From Haplodiscus bocki (Eukaryota), in the NCBI GenBank assembly GCA_965655095.1, contig OZ296648.1:73966001-74030000 (forward strand): a DNA stretch of 64,000 nucleotides. The letters run 5' to 3'. The notes beneath the pieces were generated by a model. The model was given only the letters and a program-made list of their open reading frames with translations. It was not told the DNA's origin and did no database searches. The position numbers were made by a program, and so were the translations under genes. Shown here piece after piece: positions 50,540 through 62,700 of this stretch; the stretch's first letter is position 1; every line of letters begins with the position of its first letter.

Positions 50540-53500
50540 AAGGAAAAAAAGCCCCAAATTTTGCAGAATGCACACTTCAGAAAAAAAACAAGTTCATTTT
50601 TTTCATGTAATAAATGTTCAGTTAGAACACTGTTTTGTGCTAAATGTCCCAACTTCTCAACACGTTCTGAGGTTGATCTCAACTTTCGTATTTCAAAAAA
50701 TCATAGCGCATCAGAACCGAAGCGACCTCCCCAAGCGTCAACTTTATTACCAAATTTTTGTTGCTTTTTATTTGCGGCGGTTTCACAAACAGAAAGTGCA
50801 CAAAGAGTAAAGCGTATCGGAGGCCAAAAATGTGGATGTGACAAAGTTGTTTAGAATTATTGACGATGAGAGCTTAAAAGAAGAACTGTAAACGTGCAGG
50901 AACTTTCTTGTGGACCCTGAGATGAAGAAGGGAAGGCATTGATTCTTCAATTTGGCCATGGAGAAACTAGATGCACACACTTTGAGCCAAAAAGTAGACA
51001 GAGTGTTCGAGAACCTCAAGTGTGCTATAAACTTGAAGTTTTCAGTTAGCCCGGTACTCAAGAATGTAAAACTGGGAATTTTTGGCACTACCATGGACAC
51101 AAAAACAACACTTTGACGGAAGGAGCAAAGTTTGTGGCCGTCAAAAGAGATTTGGTATACATTAGGAATGTGTTGATTAGCACTGATGTTGTTGAAGCGT
51201 GCACAAAAGTCTGAGCATTTTTCAAGTGTAAATCTGCAAATACATCAGTGCACTGATTTTGCAGCACTACTCAGTGAAATTTCCATGGGTTGTGTAGACG
51301 CAGTAATGTAATGCCAGAGCCATTGAGGAAAAATCACTCCGGTATAATTGTGTAACTTACGAAGGGTTAACCAGAAAACCGTACAACACAAACTATGTCT
51401 TTCGATAGCTCTCGCTTTGCAATTTCACGGAAATGGGGGACTTAGGGAAAAACTTCAATATTCTTCAATTTGTTCCGAGAAAAAAATTAGAATAACTGGT
51501 CCAGCGGGTTTTGAAGGTGTTTGCATGTTTGATATTTCAATTGTACGACAAAAGTTTTGCTGGTGAAGCAACCTCTGGAGAGTTTTCCAGGAGAAAATTT
51601 TCAAACATTCCAACACTGTTCGACCAATACGTTACAACAGCCACATTTGCTACGTCTCCAAAATCAAGGCTCTCTTCAAAATATATCTTTTTCCAATGTG
51701 TGGTCAGTTTAAGAAGTAGGCTGGAAACCTGGAGAAGTGTTTTACAACTCGCAAAGAACGAGTTGAGCATTTCTACCGAAAAACGTGTATCAGCTTCGTG
51801 AAACACTGTTTAACAAACTCGACACGTTTGGTATCCATAACAGACAAAATCAAAAATTTTCTACAATTTAATAATATATAAATTTGAGTCAGCCTGTTTG
51901 GAAGATGAAGATTCCAAAGATACAGAAACAAAAACAACGATTGCCAGCGCATCGCAATTTTGTTATCGATATCATCTTACTTGATACGAGAATCCAATGT
52001 TTTCAGCTATCTGAATGCTTGTGACTTGGTGTCATCTTTCCCCGATGCTTTGGAGAGTTTGGCCGTGCAGGGTAAAGCTCAAATGAAACAGAAGTTCCTT
52101 TAGAATGAAACCTCATTCAAAAGTAGACTTCCACGTACACAAGAAGCACAAAATCAACGTCGTCGCAGTGGTTGTGTTGGTATTGACGCACCAAACAATA
52201 GTTCAGCAACACGCTTTTTGGAAGTGCAATTTAGCAACTAAGTGACTTGTAAGAACATATTGAGAGTTATTGAATACCTCATCCTTCCTTATTTTCAACA
52301 GTGGAGGCCACGACTTCAACTTTATCCAGATTTACATAGAACCTACTCTTGCAAACGAGAGAGATATTGAATCGATTGTTATCAAAAAAGCCAAGGACTT
52401 TGACTCGTTCGATTTTTGTGATGCTCAACTTTCTGACATTTTAAATTTTGTTGGAGGTGCTACCAATTATGATTTTTTCCCGAAACTTCACAATAAATCT
52501 GAGAAGAGAGATTTCTTTCCGTGCGAAAAGTTTCTTTCCCCAGACGAATTGCACAGTTAGGAGCTTCCTCCTTACGAAGTCTTTAACATTTTACTACGAA
52601 AATACAATCCTCTTGAAAAAAGTATCTTGACTACGAGAAGCCTATCTGTTGTTTTCAAAGACTGAGTCTGGCCTGGTCAAAATATTGAGGTTCTCTCAAA
52701 TAGCACGTACGGCAGCAGAGAACTAGTCCCAAATTTTTGAAAGTGTGGGGCAGGAAAAGGTTCAGTCATTCAAAGACTTTTTGCGCTGGTACAGTAACAA
52801 AAATATTAGTTCAACATTGAAGGCAATAAAAAAAATGCTCGAGTTTCATCACGACAAAGTTATTGGCTTGCTCAAGCTTGGATGGACTTTAACCAAACAA
52901 GCCAACATTTGCTTGCACGGCTCCGCCAGTGGAAAATTTTATCCATTCACAGAAAACCATAAAAGTTTGCTAACAAAACTTCATGGAGACATTGTTAGAT
53001 GGCCGTCAAAACGATTGAAGGTAAAGCGATTGTTGACAAGACCAAGACCTACATGTCTACGAGTGTTTGCCAATCAATTGTTGGAATAGATACTAAGCAG
53101 TTTCAGTTTTACTCAATGTGTCAACCTACGCGTACTGGATTCCACAAAAAAATCCGAGTTTGACGCAGATTTGCCCAGATTATAGACTCGACAAAACAAA
53201 TTTTGAAGAGTCAACAAAATGGTCATTTGATATTTTCAATGAATAGGGCAGAATTGTAGAACTGACAGTTCTTCACTACATGAAGTCAGAAAACATTGAC
53301 TGTTTAAATGCAGATAGGTTTTGTGCATATGGCAACACAATGCGTGAGGCAATGGGTTGATTTTGTTTTTACTGTTCTGGTCAAGCAACACGACCGGCAT
53401 TAACTGAAGAAGATAATCAACAAAGAACTGAAAAAGGGAAACGGATGGATTTAGGAAGCAGTATATCGAGGACAAAAGTTGAATCGTTGTCAAAACGTGG

Positions 53501-54812
53501 AAAAGTGCATGGTGGAAACCCTATAAGTCTGATGTGCTAGTAAAGGAACACTTGAGAGAGTCTTTACCATACAAGCGTCCGTTTCGTCAAGACCAGTTAT
53601 TGGCCAAAATGAAACCACAGGCTTTATTAGGTTACACACAGTTTAATATCAAAACTACAGGCCAACTGACGAAACAACTTGCCAATTTCCAGCCGATTTT
53701 CGAAATTACAATCGTCCGTAGACATGATATTGGTCCACTAGTGCCAGAGTTTGCTGAGAAGGAAGGATTAAGGTCCCAACCGCAACGAGTGTTAATTTTT
53801 AGCGTTCAGCAATTGTACTATTATTACTCGCTTGCTACTGCTCTGTTCGGACCTGGGATTTGATGCAAAAAATTCTACCGCTTCGTTGATTACACCCTTG
53901 TGGAAAATTATAAGGACTCTATGCAATCTGTTGTCAATGTTCGTTGTCTCGGAAGCTAGAATCCCTACTCAAGTATGTTTGCAGAAACTATGAAGGTGCT
54001 TGCAAACAGCTCGAAACTTTGTCAAGTTATTGATCTCTGTCGCCATTCAGTTACTAGCTACATGACTGATAAACAAACACTCGCAGCGATCAACATTAAA
54101 TTGTTCAACAGACTGTGGCTTGTCAGCGTTCAACTTAACAAGGTAGAGCTTGCAAAATCTGAAGTCGAACATAAAGAAACAATCAAAAAAGGCTTTTTTA
54201 TTTTGCAGTACGCAAAGTTGGGTATCTTGGTGCTCTGCTACAATTTCTCCCTGGAATTTTTCGTTACGTACAAGAAAAAGTAGATGGAAATGAATACCGA
54301 TTCGAGCTATAAAACCTTAACAGAAAAAATGTGTGATTGTATACGAAAAGAGAAAATGCAAAAGTGAGAAAGTTTACGTAGCAACGACTGGACTGATTCG
54401 TTCACTGCAGACGCTTGCAGCAACTTCTTTCCCTGTTCCTGTTGGGCTAAATATAAAAAACAATATGGAAGAGAACCCGATCTGTTCAAGAAAGCATTTC
54501 GATAAACTCAAATAATTTTTTTGTGCAGCAGTAGAAACTGCTGTTTCGACTTTTCAAGCAACAGGTGTAAATTCAGCAGAGAAGGCTCAAACAAATGACA
54601 GTTTCGAGACAGTGGGAATAGAAAGAAGGCAAAGTTTTGAAAAATGTCGAAAGAAAGAGAAAAAAAAACTTCTACCAAAGGTGGATTTCTCACAAAGAAG
54701 CTTTTTGCAGCAACCTACGAGCAGAAAAATAAAAGACTCTCCTACTTTTCTTCTGATTGAATTGTGGAGACAGATGGAATTCATACTCTTCCAATCCAAG
54801 TTAAAAATCAAT
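50540..54812 (+). pseudogene. Protein-primed family B DNA polymerase of Polinton B, with N-terminal C2H2-like fingers
   Basis: CAKCPNFSTRSEVDLNFRISKNHS; ExoII IFNSGGHDFNFI; FFPCEKF; ExoIII SFKDFLRWYSNKNI; motif A SIVGIDTKQ...SMCQP..TG (~53075-53140); motif B ETMKVLANSS; motif C MEMNTDS (54284-54304); REPDLFK; terminal DGIHTLP (~54773-54793). Confidence 0.9.
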
Positions 54813-54939
54813 AAAACTGAGTGTTTTTCAAATTTATGCTCCCTGACTCACTTCCTTATCCCTTTTCAATCTTTCTTCATTATATCAAGCAATATAAAAT
54901 ACCCATTCCCTTATTAAAAAACCGGCAGTGTTAAAAAAT

Positions 54940-55727
54940 TATCCGCAGGCATATTAAGAAAAACGTAGAAGTAATAAATAGTCCGCACGTGTAATTACTT
55001 ATCCGCACGCGCAATTAACTATACGCACCCAACAAATCTGACTCTCTCCGTTCATGTTCCAATTCCGCTGACAAACTTTTTGTTTCCCCCGTCCCCACTT
55101 CTGCTCACACCTTGTTACTGAACTGCTGCATTCAAACCAAACATTTTTCAATACACAAAACCCACTTCTTAATGCATTGTTATGCCAATATATGTCGAAG
55201 TGAACTTCTTCTCGGGTACACAATGTCAAACCCTATCCTAACACATTGGGGCAGTGCCAAAAAGTTTTTTTAAACATTGGAAAAGTGCCGAAAAACCCCA
55301 ACCTGATATAAGAAGGTAGTGCAGAAAAACTCTATCTTGAATCTTTGGGGTGAACATTATCTTGAAGTGAACCCTGGCCACATAGTCTAATATTGCCGAG
55401 ATGCCCCATCTTGGGGTGGGAGTCTTTCATAAAACTTTCGTGTATCGTCGGGCAATGCCGCAAAACCTCAGTACATTGGAGTGGCTCGAGTATTGACGAA
55501 CAACCGCATTACAGTGGTGTGTCTCGGGTAGTACCGAACTCGATCTTCATACATTGGGGTAGTGCCGAAACGCCTTTTGACACAATGTAGTAACATCCGT
55601 GCCGAGAAGTGACCTCCAATCCTAAACATCGCATGTGGGGTGCATTGGGCTTTCTGGTCGCTATAGCCTATCTTTTTACATGGAGAGACCTCCATCCCTT
55701 GTCTTATTAGCTCACTCCCTCACTACT
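54940..55727 (-). repeat. Right TIR of Polinton B with internal ~38-40-bp sub-repeats
   Basis: Ends ...ctcactccctcACTACT. Sub-repeats of cattgggg(t/c)agtgccgaaa type at ~55244, 55274, 55316, 55451, 55527, 55551 and 55598. Confidence 0.85.
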
Positions 55728-58129
55728 GGTGTTGCTTATTCAGAGCTAAGACTAAGACAACAAGGACCCAATTGGAAAGAAAACCTTGCTATTTGTCGAG
55801 CATCAAACGAGTTGTGAACCAGTAGTCTGCGATTTTGCGTGTAGATGCCGACATGCAACAATGAAGTAACAGTTGATGTTCAATTTAAGATTCTCCCTCA
55901 GAAAAAAAAATTGTCATGGGACGTACTGAGCTGACAGTGGCGATTCGTCAGCAAAATTACTTGAATTGCGGCGGTTGACTTCCAGACAACGCTCTTGATA
56001 TCGACCGAGACTTTTTAAAAATCAGAACGGAGATGTGTTTCTGGAACTTTTGTAATCCATAACAGAAAATCATCGCACTTTTTCAAAGGGACAAAGTCAA
56101 CTCAAAGACACCTGAATGTCCTCTTTGTTGCTGCTACGTTTTTTTGAACCATTTTTGGCACTGTGATGTTAGATGGGAAAAACTGGAATCATCAAGAAAA
56201 GGAAAAAATTTCGTTGCAAAATGGGAGTTAAATTGTACGGAATCTATTTATTAGTTTTTAGTACTGCTACCAAATTTCAACTTCAAGTGTCTCTTCTAAT
56301 TATATCTGTGGTTTCCGACGTTTTGGTTCAGTAAAAGTCACTGGAAAAAGGTTGAAAACATCAGCATAATCGATGAAACCGGCTTCAAATGAGGATTTAC
56401 ACATTGGGCTCTTTAAAGTAGTGATTTCCTCTTTTAGTGCTTAATATTGAAGAAATAACAAAACCATTCTGTTACTTCTCTAGAGTTGTGATTTTTGCCG
56501 CAACTTTGTTTCTGTGAAACTTAAAACATAAAAGTTGACAGCGGTAAAAAAACCTGAAAAAGAAAAACATTTTACAACATGCATATTTAAATTTAGGGAA
56601 CTTGTTTATTAGAGACTCTCAGCTGAGAACTGTAACTTTTAAAAAATATGAAAAACTGCGTTTTATCGGAAGGTTCAGCTTCCTGAGAAAATTTGTCAAA
56701 TGCGGGACTGATCAAAAAATTGAAAACTTTTTGCCATTTAAAAGTTTGAAGATAAGGAGTTTAACAAATTGTGTTTCTATCTACTGGTGTTTTGAACGCT
56801 TATTGGCATCTTCGCAAAAATTGTGCAGTTTTTGACAACTTCAGCAATTTGAAATTCCGTGAGAAAGTTTTGGAAGCCGCAATAAAATTGATGTCGAAAC
56901 TTGTAACAGTTTACGAGTGTACGTATTGGGATCATGACTTTGAGGATTTAATACAACAAAATCTCAGGATGAAAACACAATGAATTTTTGCGCAGTTTTG
57001 GTCACAGAAACACTTGATAGAAGAATGATAAAAGCATCGAAGAATTGAGAAACAAATTTTGCCAGGTGAGGTTCCAGAGCAAGGAAAATGTTTGAAAGTC
57101 TCTAAAACCGCTGATAAGTAAAGGTTTCTTGAAGTGTCCCGAGACACTGCTACATTTCCGGCAGTACCGTCACCGTACTGCTGCTGCTGTGATTAATTTC
57201 TAACCATTTGTGACACCGTTATCTTTGGTGGGAAAAATTGGAATCATCAGAGAGTGGAAAAACTTGAGAACAATTTGAAAGTTTGCTTGTCGGAAACCTA
57301 AACATTAGTGGTCAGAACAGCTACAGGTAATAGTGTTAAGAACAAATAAAAGTTCAAAACATAATTATTCTTCTCAAACGATTGTGAATTGTCGGATAAT
57401 TTGTGTACTTTGAAACTGGGCAAAGAAGAGATGACAGCGACAAAAAAAATGAGACAGCTTGTTGCAATTTGATAGTTCAAATCTAAAGAACCCATTTCAT
57501 GGTATTTCTTATCACTCAATAGTTTATTCGTTGAAAGAGTCTAAGAAAATGAAACATTATTGGAACTGTAAAGTCAAAAAGACTATATCGACAGAAAGAA
57601 CTCATCAAAGTTCGAAAAAGTGTGCGGCAAAAAGAGTTTTCAAACGTTACGAGACTAGTTTAAACTGTTTAGATCAGATGAAAATTAGAACTCTAAATTC
57701 CGAATCAAAGGTGTTGTGCAGTTTCCGGCAACTTCGTGCCTGTAAAAATCCACGGATAGCTACAAAATTTTTGTGGAAACCTCTTAAAATCTGTGAGTCA
57801 GGGCAGTGGGAGTACTTTTTAATGAGTTTACAAGAGCTGAAAGGTAGACATTTTTCAAAAAAGTTTTCCGCACTGCGAGAGTTTCTGGAAAAAAATTAAA
57901 TTAAACACAGCAAGTAATGCGAAAAAATGGTGACCAGATGGAAAAGCAAACTTGTGGTGCTTGCTTAAAATTGCTTACAAGTTCTCATAAGTATAGACTT
58001 CAAATAGCCTTTCAAGGAACTGTAACGTTTGTGTTTTTGGGCACTGTGCAACCAAATAGAAAAAAATTTAACATCTAGCTGAAATATGAAAGTACAGGTG
58101 CAGGGACCCTGTTTTGTAGTGTTTATTGT

Positions 58130-58631
58130 TTCTCGGCGTAACCTTTAGATAATGAAAACAAAATTTTTCTCCCAAATGGCTCCGCTTTTCCTTACCCAAT
58201 GTTTGCCAATGGCGTTTACCCAAATGTGGCAGTACGTTCACGCTACTGAACGTGTAAATTTTTTTCAACAATTTCTACCAAATTTGCCGTAGATTGCGAC
58301 TAAAAATGTAAGATTTCTCAAAACGTTTAAAATTTGGGCTAAATTCGAAGGAAAAGTTGGGTTTTTCGAGAAGAATTTGAATTGTTCTCGAATCGCTAAA
58401 GGTGTCAAAGTTGGTGTAGATTGCCTATCAAAGGGTTTGGCTTCGTAAAAAAATTTTTCTGCCCTACTTTTGGGGCTCTTGTGGCTAAAAAAAGGTTCTG
58501 AAAGTTGGAAAAGTTAGAAACTTTGACGAAGAAAGTGTTTTTTCTAAAGAAAGACGATTTCATCATCTTAAAAGCCTTTTTCACTAAAATTGGAGGGCAC
58601 GAAAATTTTTGGTGGTAGCAGGCTGTCTTGT
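58130..58631 (+). mobile_element. ~500-bp insertion in macro-repeat copy B, possibly a non-autonomous Helitron/Helentron-type element
   Basis: Absent from the paralogous position of copy A (~28620-28650). Flanked by T runs. Ends in a GC-rich degenerate hairpin followed by CTTGT (ggtggtagcaggctgtcttgt). Confidence 0.4.
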
Positions 58632-59242
58632 TTTTATAAAAAAGTACAGCGTTTGTGGCTTTTCAATTGAATTTGAAGTTTTTGCTAATCTCGGTAGTGT
58701 GGGAATCGATGTGGAAAAGATGAATGCGGCAAAAGAAATAAAAAGAACCCGTTATAGTTTAAGGGTTCCAAGTTGTTGAACCTTTTTAAAGGTGTCCTTT
58801 AATGTTGCAATTTCATTTCATAAAAAAATCTCAGAAATTGTAAATTTTTCAAAATTTTCAACTCTCTGAGGCTAGATTGAAAAAATGAAGTCCATGAAAA
58901 GATGTAATTATTTTTTAGAGTATGCGAGCTTGAACGTAATTTTTTTTTCAAAAGTGTTTTTGACTGTCTGTTTTTGGAATGTTTAGCAATTGTGAGGAGC
59001 TGTGCAGTTTTCGCCCATTTTGAATTTTCATCGGGCAACTTTCAAATTTTTTAAACAGAATTGACTGAGCCTGGTACAGTCAAAAAGTTTAAACATGGGA
59101 ATCTTGGTTCAAACATTTTAATATTGCGGAAAAACAAAATCTCCAAAAAATTTTCCAAGAAAAAATTTCGAAGTTTTTGTCACTGTGAGACATGTTCAAA
59201 GGTTCAAAAAGCATAAAATCAGCATAAAATTTTTTTTCATGC

Positions 59243-59790
59243 AAAACTGCTCTTTACGTGTTCAGAGGAACCTTTTGATAGACGGTCTTTTTCTGAAAAA
59301 AATACAATTTTTCTTCGAAATTCAAGCAGAAAACTTCAAAATTTTAGCAAAAATTTTCAGTAGGGTCCTCAAAACTGCATCCTAACTGTCCAGAGGATCT
59401 TTTTCGAGAGAATTTTTTCATAAAACATTATACCTTTTTTGTTCAATTCTGGACAAGGAGCCCAAACTTTCGGCTGTTTGTTGAAAGCTTTTCGGCGGAG
59501 TTGTCAAATTGCATTCTGTACGTCCGGAGGAGAGTTTCTGTGTAAAATATTTTGGAAAGTGTACAAAATTTTTGTCATTCTCGGAAACTGATCAAAAGTT
59601 TTTCATTGGCAAAAATTATTTAACAGGAATCTCAGAACGGCATTCTCCGTTGTCGAAGAAAGCTTAATAGGAACCTTTCTCGAGAAAAAAAGTTTCATAT
59701 AAAAACTTTTTTGCACTACGAGCAAAAAAACTTTTCGGATTTCGAGAGATCATTTTCCAGCAACGATGTTAAAACAGCACATTTTGTGTC
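59243..59790. repeat. Degenerate ~130-bp minisatellite, paralogue of 29250-29670
   Basis: Core variants at ~59243, 59371, 59505, 59634 and 59771. Confidence 0.7.
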
Positions 59791-62700
59791 TATGTTTTTG
59801 AATTGGACCAAATTTTCATCCTTCCTGCTGAAAAATTTTCTTTATAGATATCACAGAACCAAAGAAAAATCCCCTCAAGAAAAATTTCAGATTTCCCATT
59901 AGACATATTTCAATTTTTTTCCGTGGAAGGAAACACGCACGTTTAAAAGACCCAGTCAAACGAATTGGGTATGTATTAAAGGAGAAGTATCAAAAACGTA
60001 CAAAACAGTATGTTCAGAAAGAACTGTTTGGAAGTTATCAACGGAGATTGCTTCTAAAATAACTAAAATTCTTTCTAAACCCCCTTTATATGTTTAAAAG
60101 AATGCATCTTTTGAAATTGGTGCTAGAAAAGACGGCAGTGCCAATGCTAAAAAGAACGCAAATACTTGAGCAAGTACCAATTAGTGTAGGATAAAAATTA
60201 GCCTTTTCTTTAGTTATATCAACGTGTTTTGTGTGTTCTGATGTCGATTTTGTAGAATAGTTTGGATAACCTATTGTGGAATCACGGGAACGAAACCAAA
60301 GGTGGAGAAAACTAATGTGTTCTATTGATTGGTACAAAAAAGGATCAAAAGTGGTCCAACAAATAGATAAAGTTTGGTTATGCGAGAAGAGACCTTTCAA
60401 CGAGAAATAAAGAGATATATTAGAACGCCAGAGGAGTAGTATTATGTATCAATTGATTTTGGAGACAAGAGTGAGTAACGAAAAGTGGTCATTTACTCAG
60501 ACCAAGCCGAGGCAAAGTAATTAATTAATCTAGAATTGAGACAAAAACGACTTAGTTGACAAAAAAACTCAGTTACTTGTCGTACAGCACACTAGTTCTG
60601 AACGAAAACTGAGAGATTTCGCGCATGCACACCGACATGCAACAATGAAGTCGCAACTTATCTTCAGTTGCACAATCTTCCAGAAAACGAGAGTTGTCAC
60701 CAGATATAACGAGTCGACACGGACAATACGTAAAGAAAAATAGCTGAACTGCGGCAATTCACTCACCCAAGAACGTTCTTGACATCAGCAAGGCACAACT
60801 GGGACGTCATCTAGGAACTGTATGAAACTCAGAACCTAAACTTTTGTCTGCAATTCTGTAATCCATTTCGAAAAGTCACCGCACTTTTTTAAACGTTACG
60901 AGGTCAGTTCGAAGAGACGTCAGTCTAATCTTTGTTGCAACTACGTTTGGTTTGCAACTATTTTTGGCACTGTGATGTTAGATGGGAAAAACTGGAGTCG
61001 TCAAGAAATGTTAAAACAATGTTGCAAATTGAAAGTTCAACTGCCGGCAACGTAGTCAATAGTGCTCAGTACGGCTACCAAATTCAACCCTCAGTGTCCT
61101 TTTTATGAAACTCTGAGGTTTAAGGCAATCTTGGTTCTGTGAAGCTCCCTAAATCTTCAACATATTGGACGATTGCTGTTACAATTTGAGGTTTTACATA
61201 ATTTTTTCTTCAGTTATAGAGTCTAATACCGCCGTCAGGTAGAACTTTGTTTACAATTCTGGAAAAAACTTCCGAAGTTTTTAGCACTGTGAAATTTGAT
61301 CATCAAAGATGAAGTCAGCAAGTAGTTGAAAAACAGTCTTTGGCCTAATGCAAGTTCAAACGCAGGGAACATGTCCAATACTGTTCAAAATCTCTGAGAA
61401 GTAAAATCTTCAGAAGACTTTCCGGAAAACTTTCGCAGCACCTTACGTTCTGTGAAATTAAAGGGAAAAATCTGATGCATCAAAAACCAAACTTTAAACG
61501 ACAATGTTAAAGTGTACATGAAGGGAACCTGTCTTTTAGTGTTTAGTGTTGCAAGTTACTTAGTCTTTGGTGTGTTTTCAAAAAAGTTGTCAATATGCTC
61601 TGGAAAATAGATGACAGCGACATAAGGTGAAAAAAGTCGTTACAAATTGAAACTTTAAAATCAGTGAAGTTTTTTAATGATGCTAATTACTGCTGATTTT
61701 TGGACCATTTGGGACATTTTTTAAAAAAATGTGCAGTTCATGGCAGTCTCGGTAGTGTGATACTCCTAGGGAAAGATTCGAAAACGGCAAGTTAAATGGC
61801 CAAACCTGTTTCAGATTGAGAATGTACCTATTGTGATCCCATTTCATAGAATTTTTGACTGCTGACAATTAGAAACTCTATTTTCAAAAACAAAGATCTT
61901 CCCAAATTCTTTGACACATTGGGACTTTTTAGAAAAAAACTAGCAGAGAATTGAACAAAACTCCTAGATGAAAGTTCAGAGGCAGGGAACTTGTTTATTA
62001 GTCTTTAAAACCGCTGGTTATTATACGTTTTATATGACTTTTTGAGATACCGCAATCTTTCTGACAAAATTGGCTCCGCATGACTAGACGAAAACGTTTG
62101 AAGTTCTCACGAAACTCAAAACTTTCTTTGCAGTGTGCAAGTTCAAACGTAAGAGAACTCTACCTAGTGTTCATTTTGGCAAATAATTTAAACCTTCGGT
62201 GTCATCTCTATGGAACTGTGAAGATTCCGCCAGTTTTGTTACGTTCAATGTTAATGGACATTGACTGAAAAAAATGAGAAGCTGTTATTGATTAAGGTTT
62301 AAAAAAAGGATCCTTGGTATTTGTGTTATGCTATCGTTCATCAGCATATTCTTCGAAAACGTCCAAGAAAAGATCGAAATTTCGGCTCATCGAGACTAGA
62401 AATTTCTTGTGGTATTTTTGGTTCTGCAAATCTGGGTGGACGAACTTGATTACATCAAACAAAATAAAAATTTTGTGGCATTATTAAATTTTTAAAGAAA
62501 GAATTTGTCTTTTATATTCTATTCTCGACGTTAAATCAGTTTTTTTGGAGTGTTTTCCACAAAACTGGGAAATTTTGACAATCTTGGTTTTACGAAATTC
62601 GATAGGAATAGATGACACGGATAAAAAATTGAGGAAAACTGATACGTTTTAAAGGTGTAAAACCAGAGAACTTACCTAAAAGTGTTATACAATATATAGA

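Larger units (their letters stand above)
30354..55727. mobile_element. Complete, inactivated Polinton/Maverick B (endogenous polintovirus) with TIRs and 6-bp TSD
   Basis: Left end AGTAATAAGAGAGTAAGCT (30354) aligns with the reverse complement of the right end AGTAGTGAGGGAGTGAGCT (55727). TSD GGTATT (30348-30353) / GGTGTT (55728-55733). Internal protease, MCP, minor capsid, integrase, ATPase and pPolB fossils. About 17.7 kb after removing the LINE and three extra ATPase units. Confidence 0.92.

Noticed and set aside
55230-55640. Regularly spaced short repeats resembling a CRISPR array
   Set aside because: Repeats are degenerate, spacers are related to each other, there are no cas genes, the context is eukaryotic, and they are mirrored in the left Polinton TIR.
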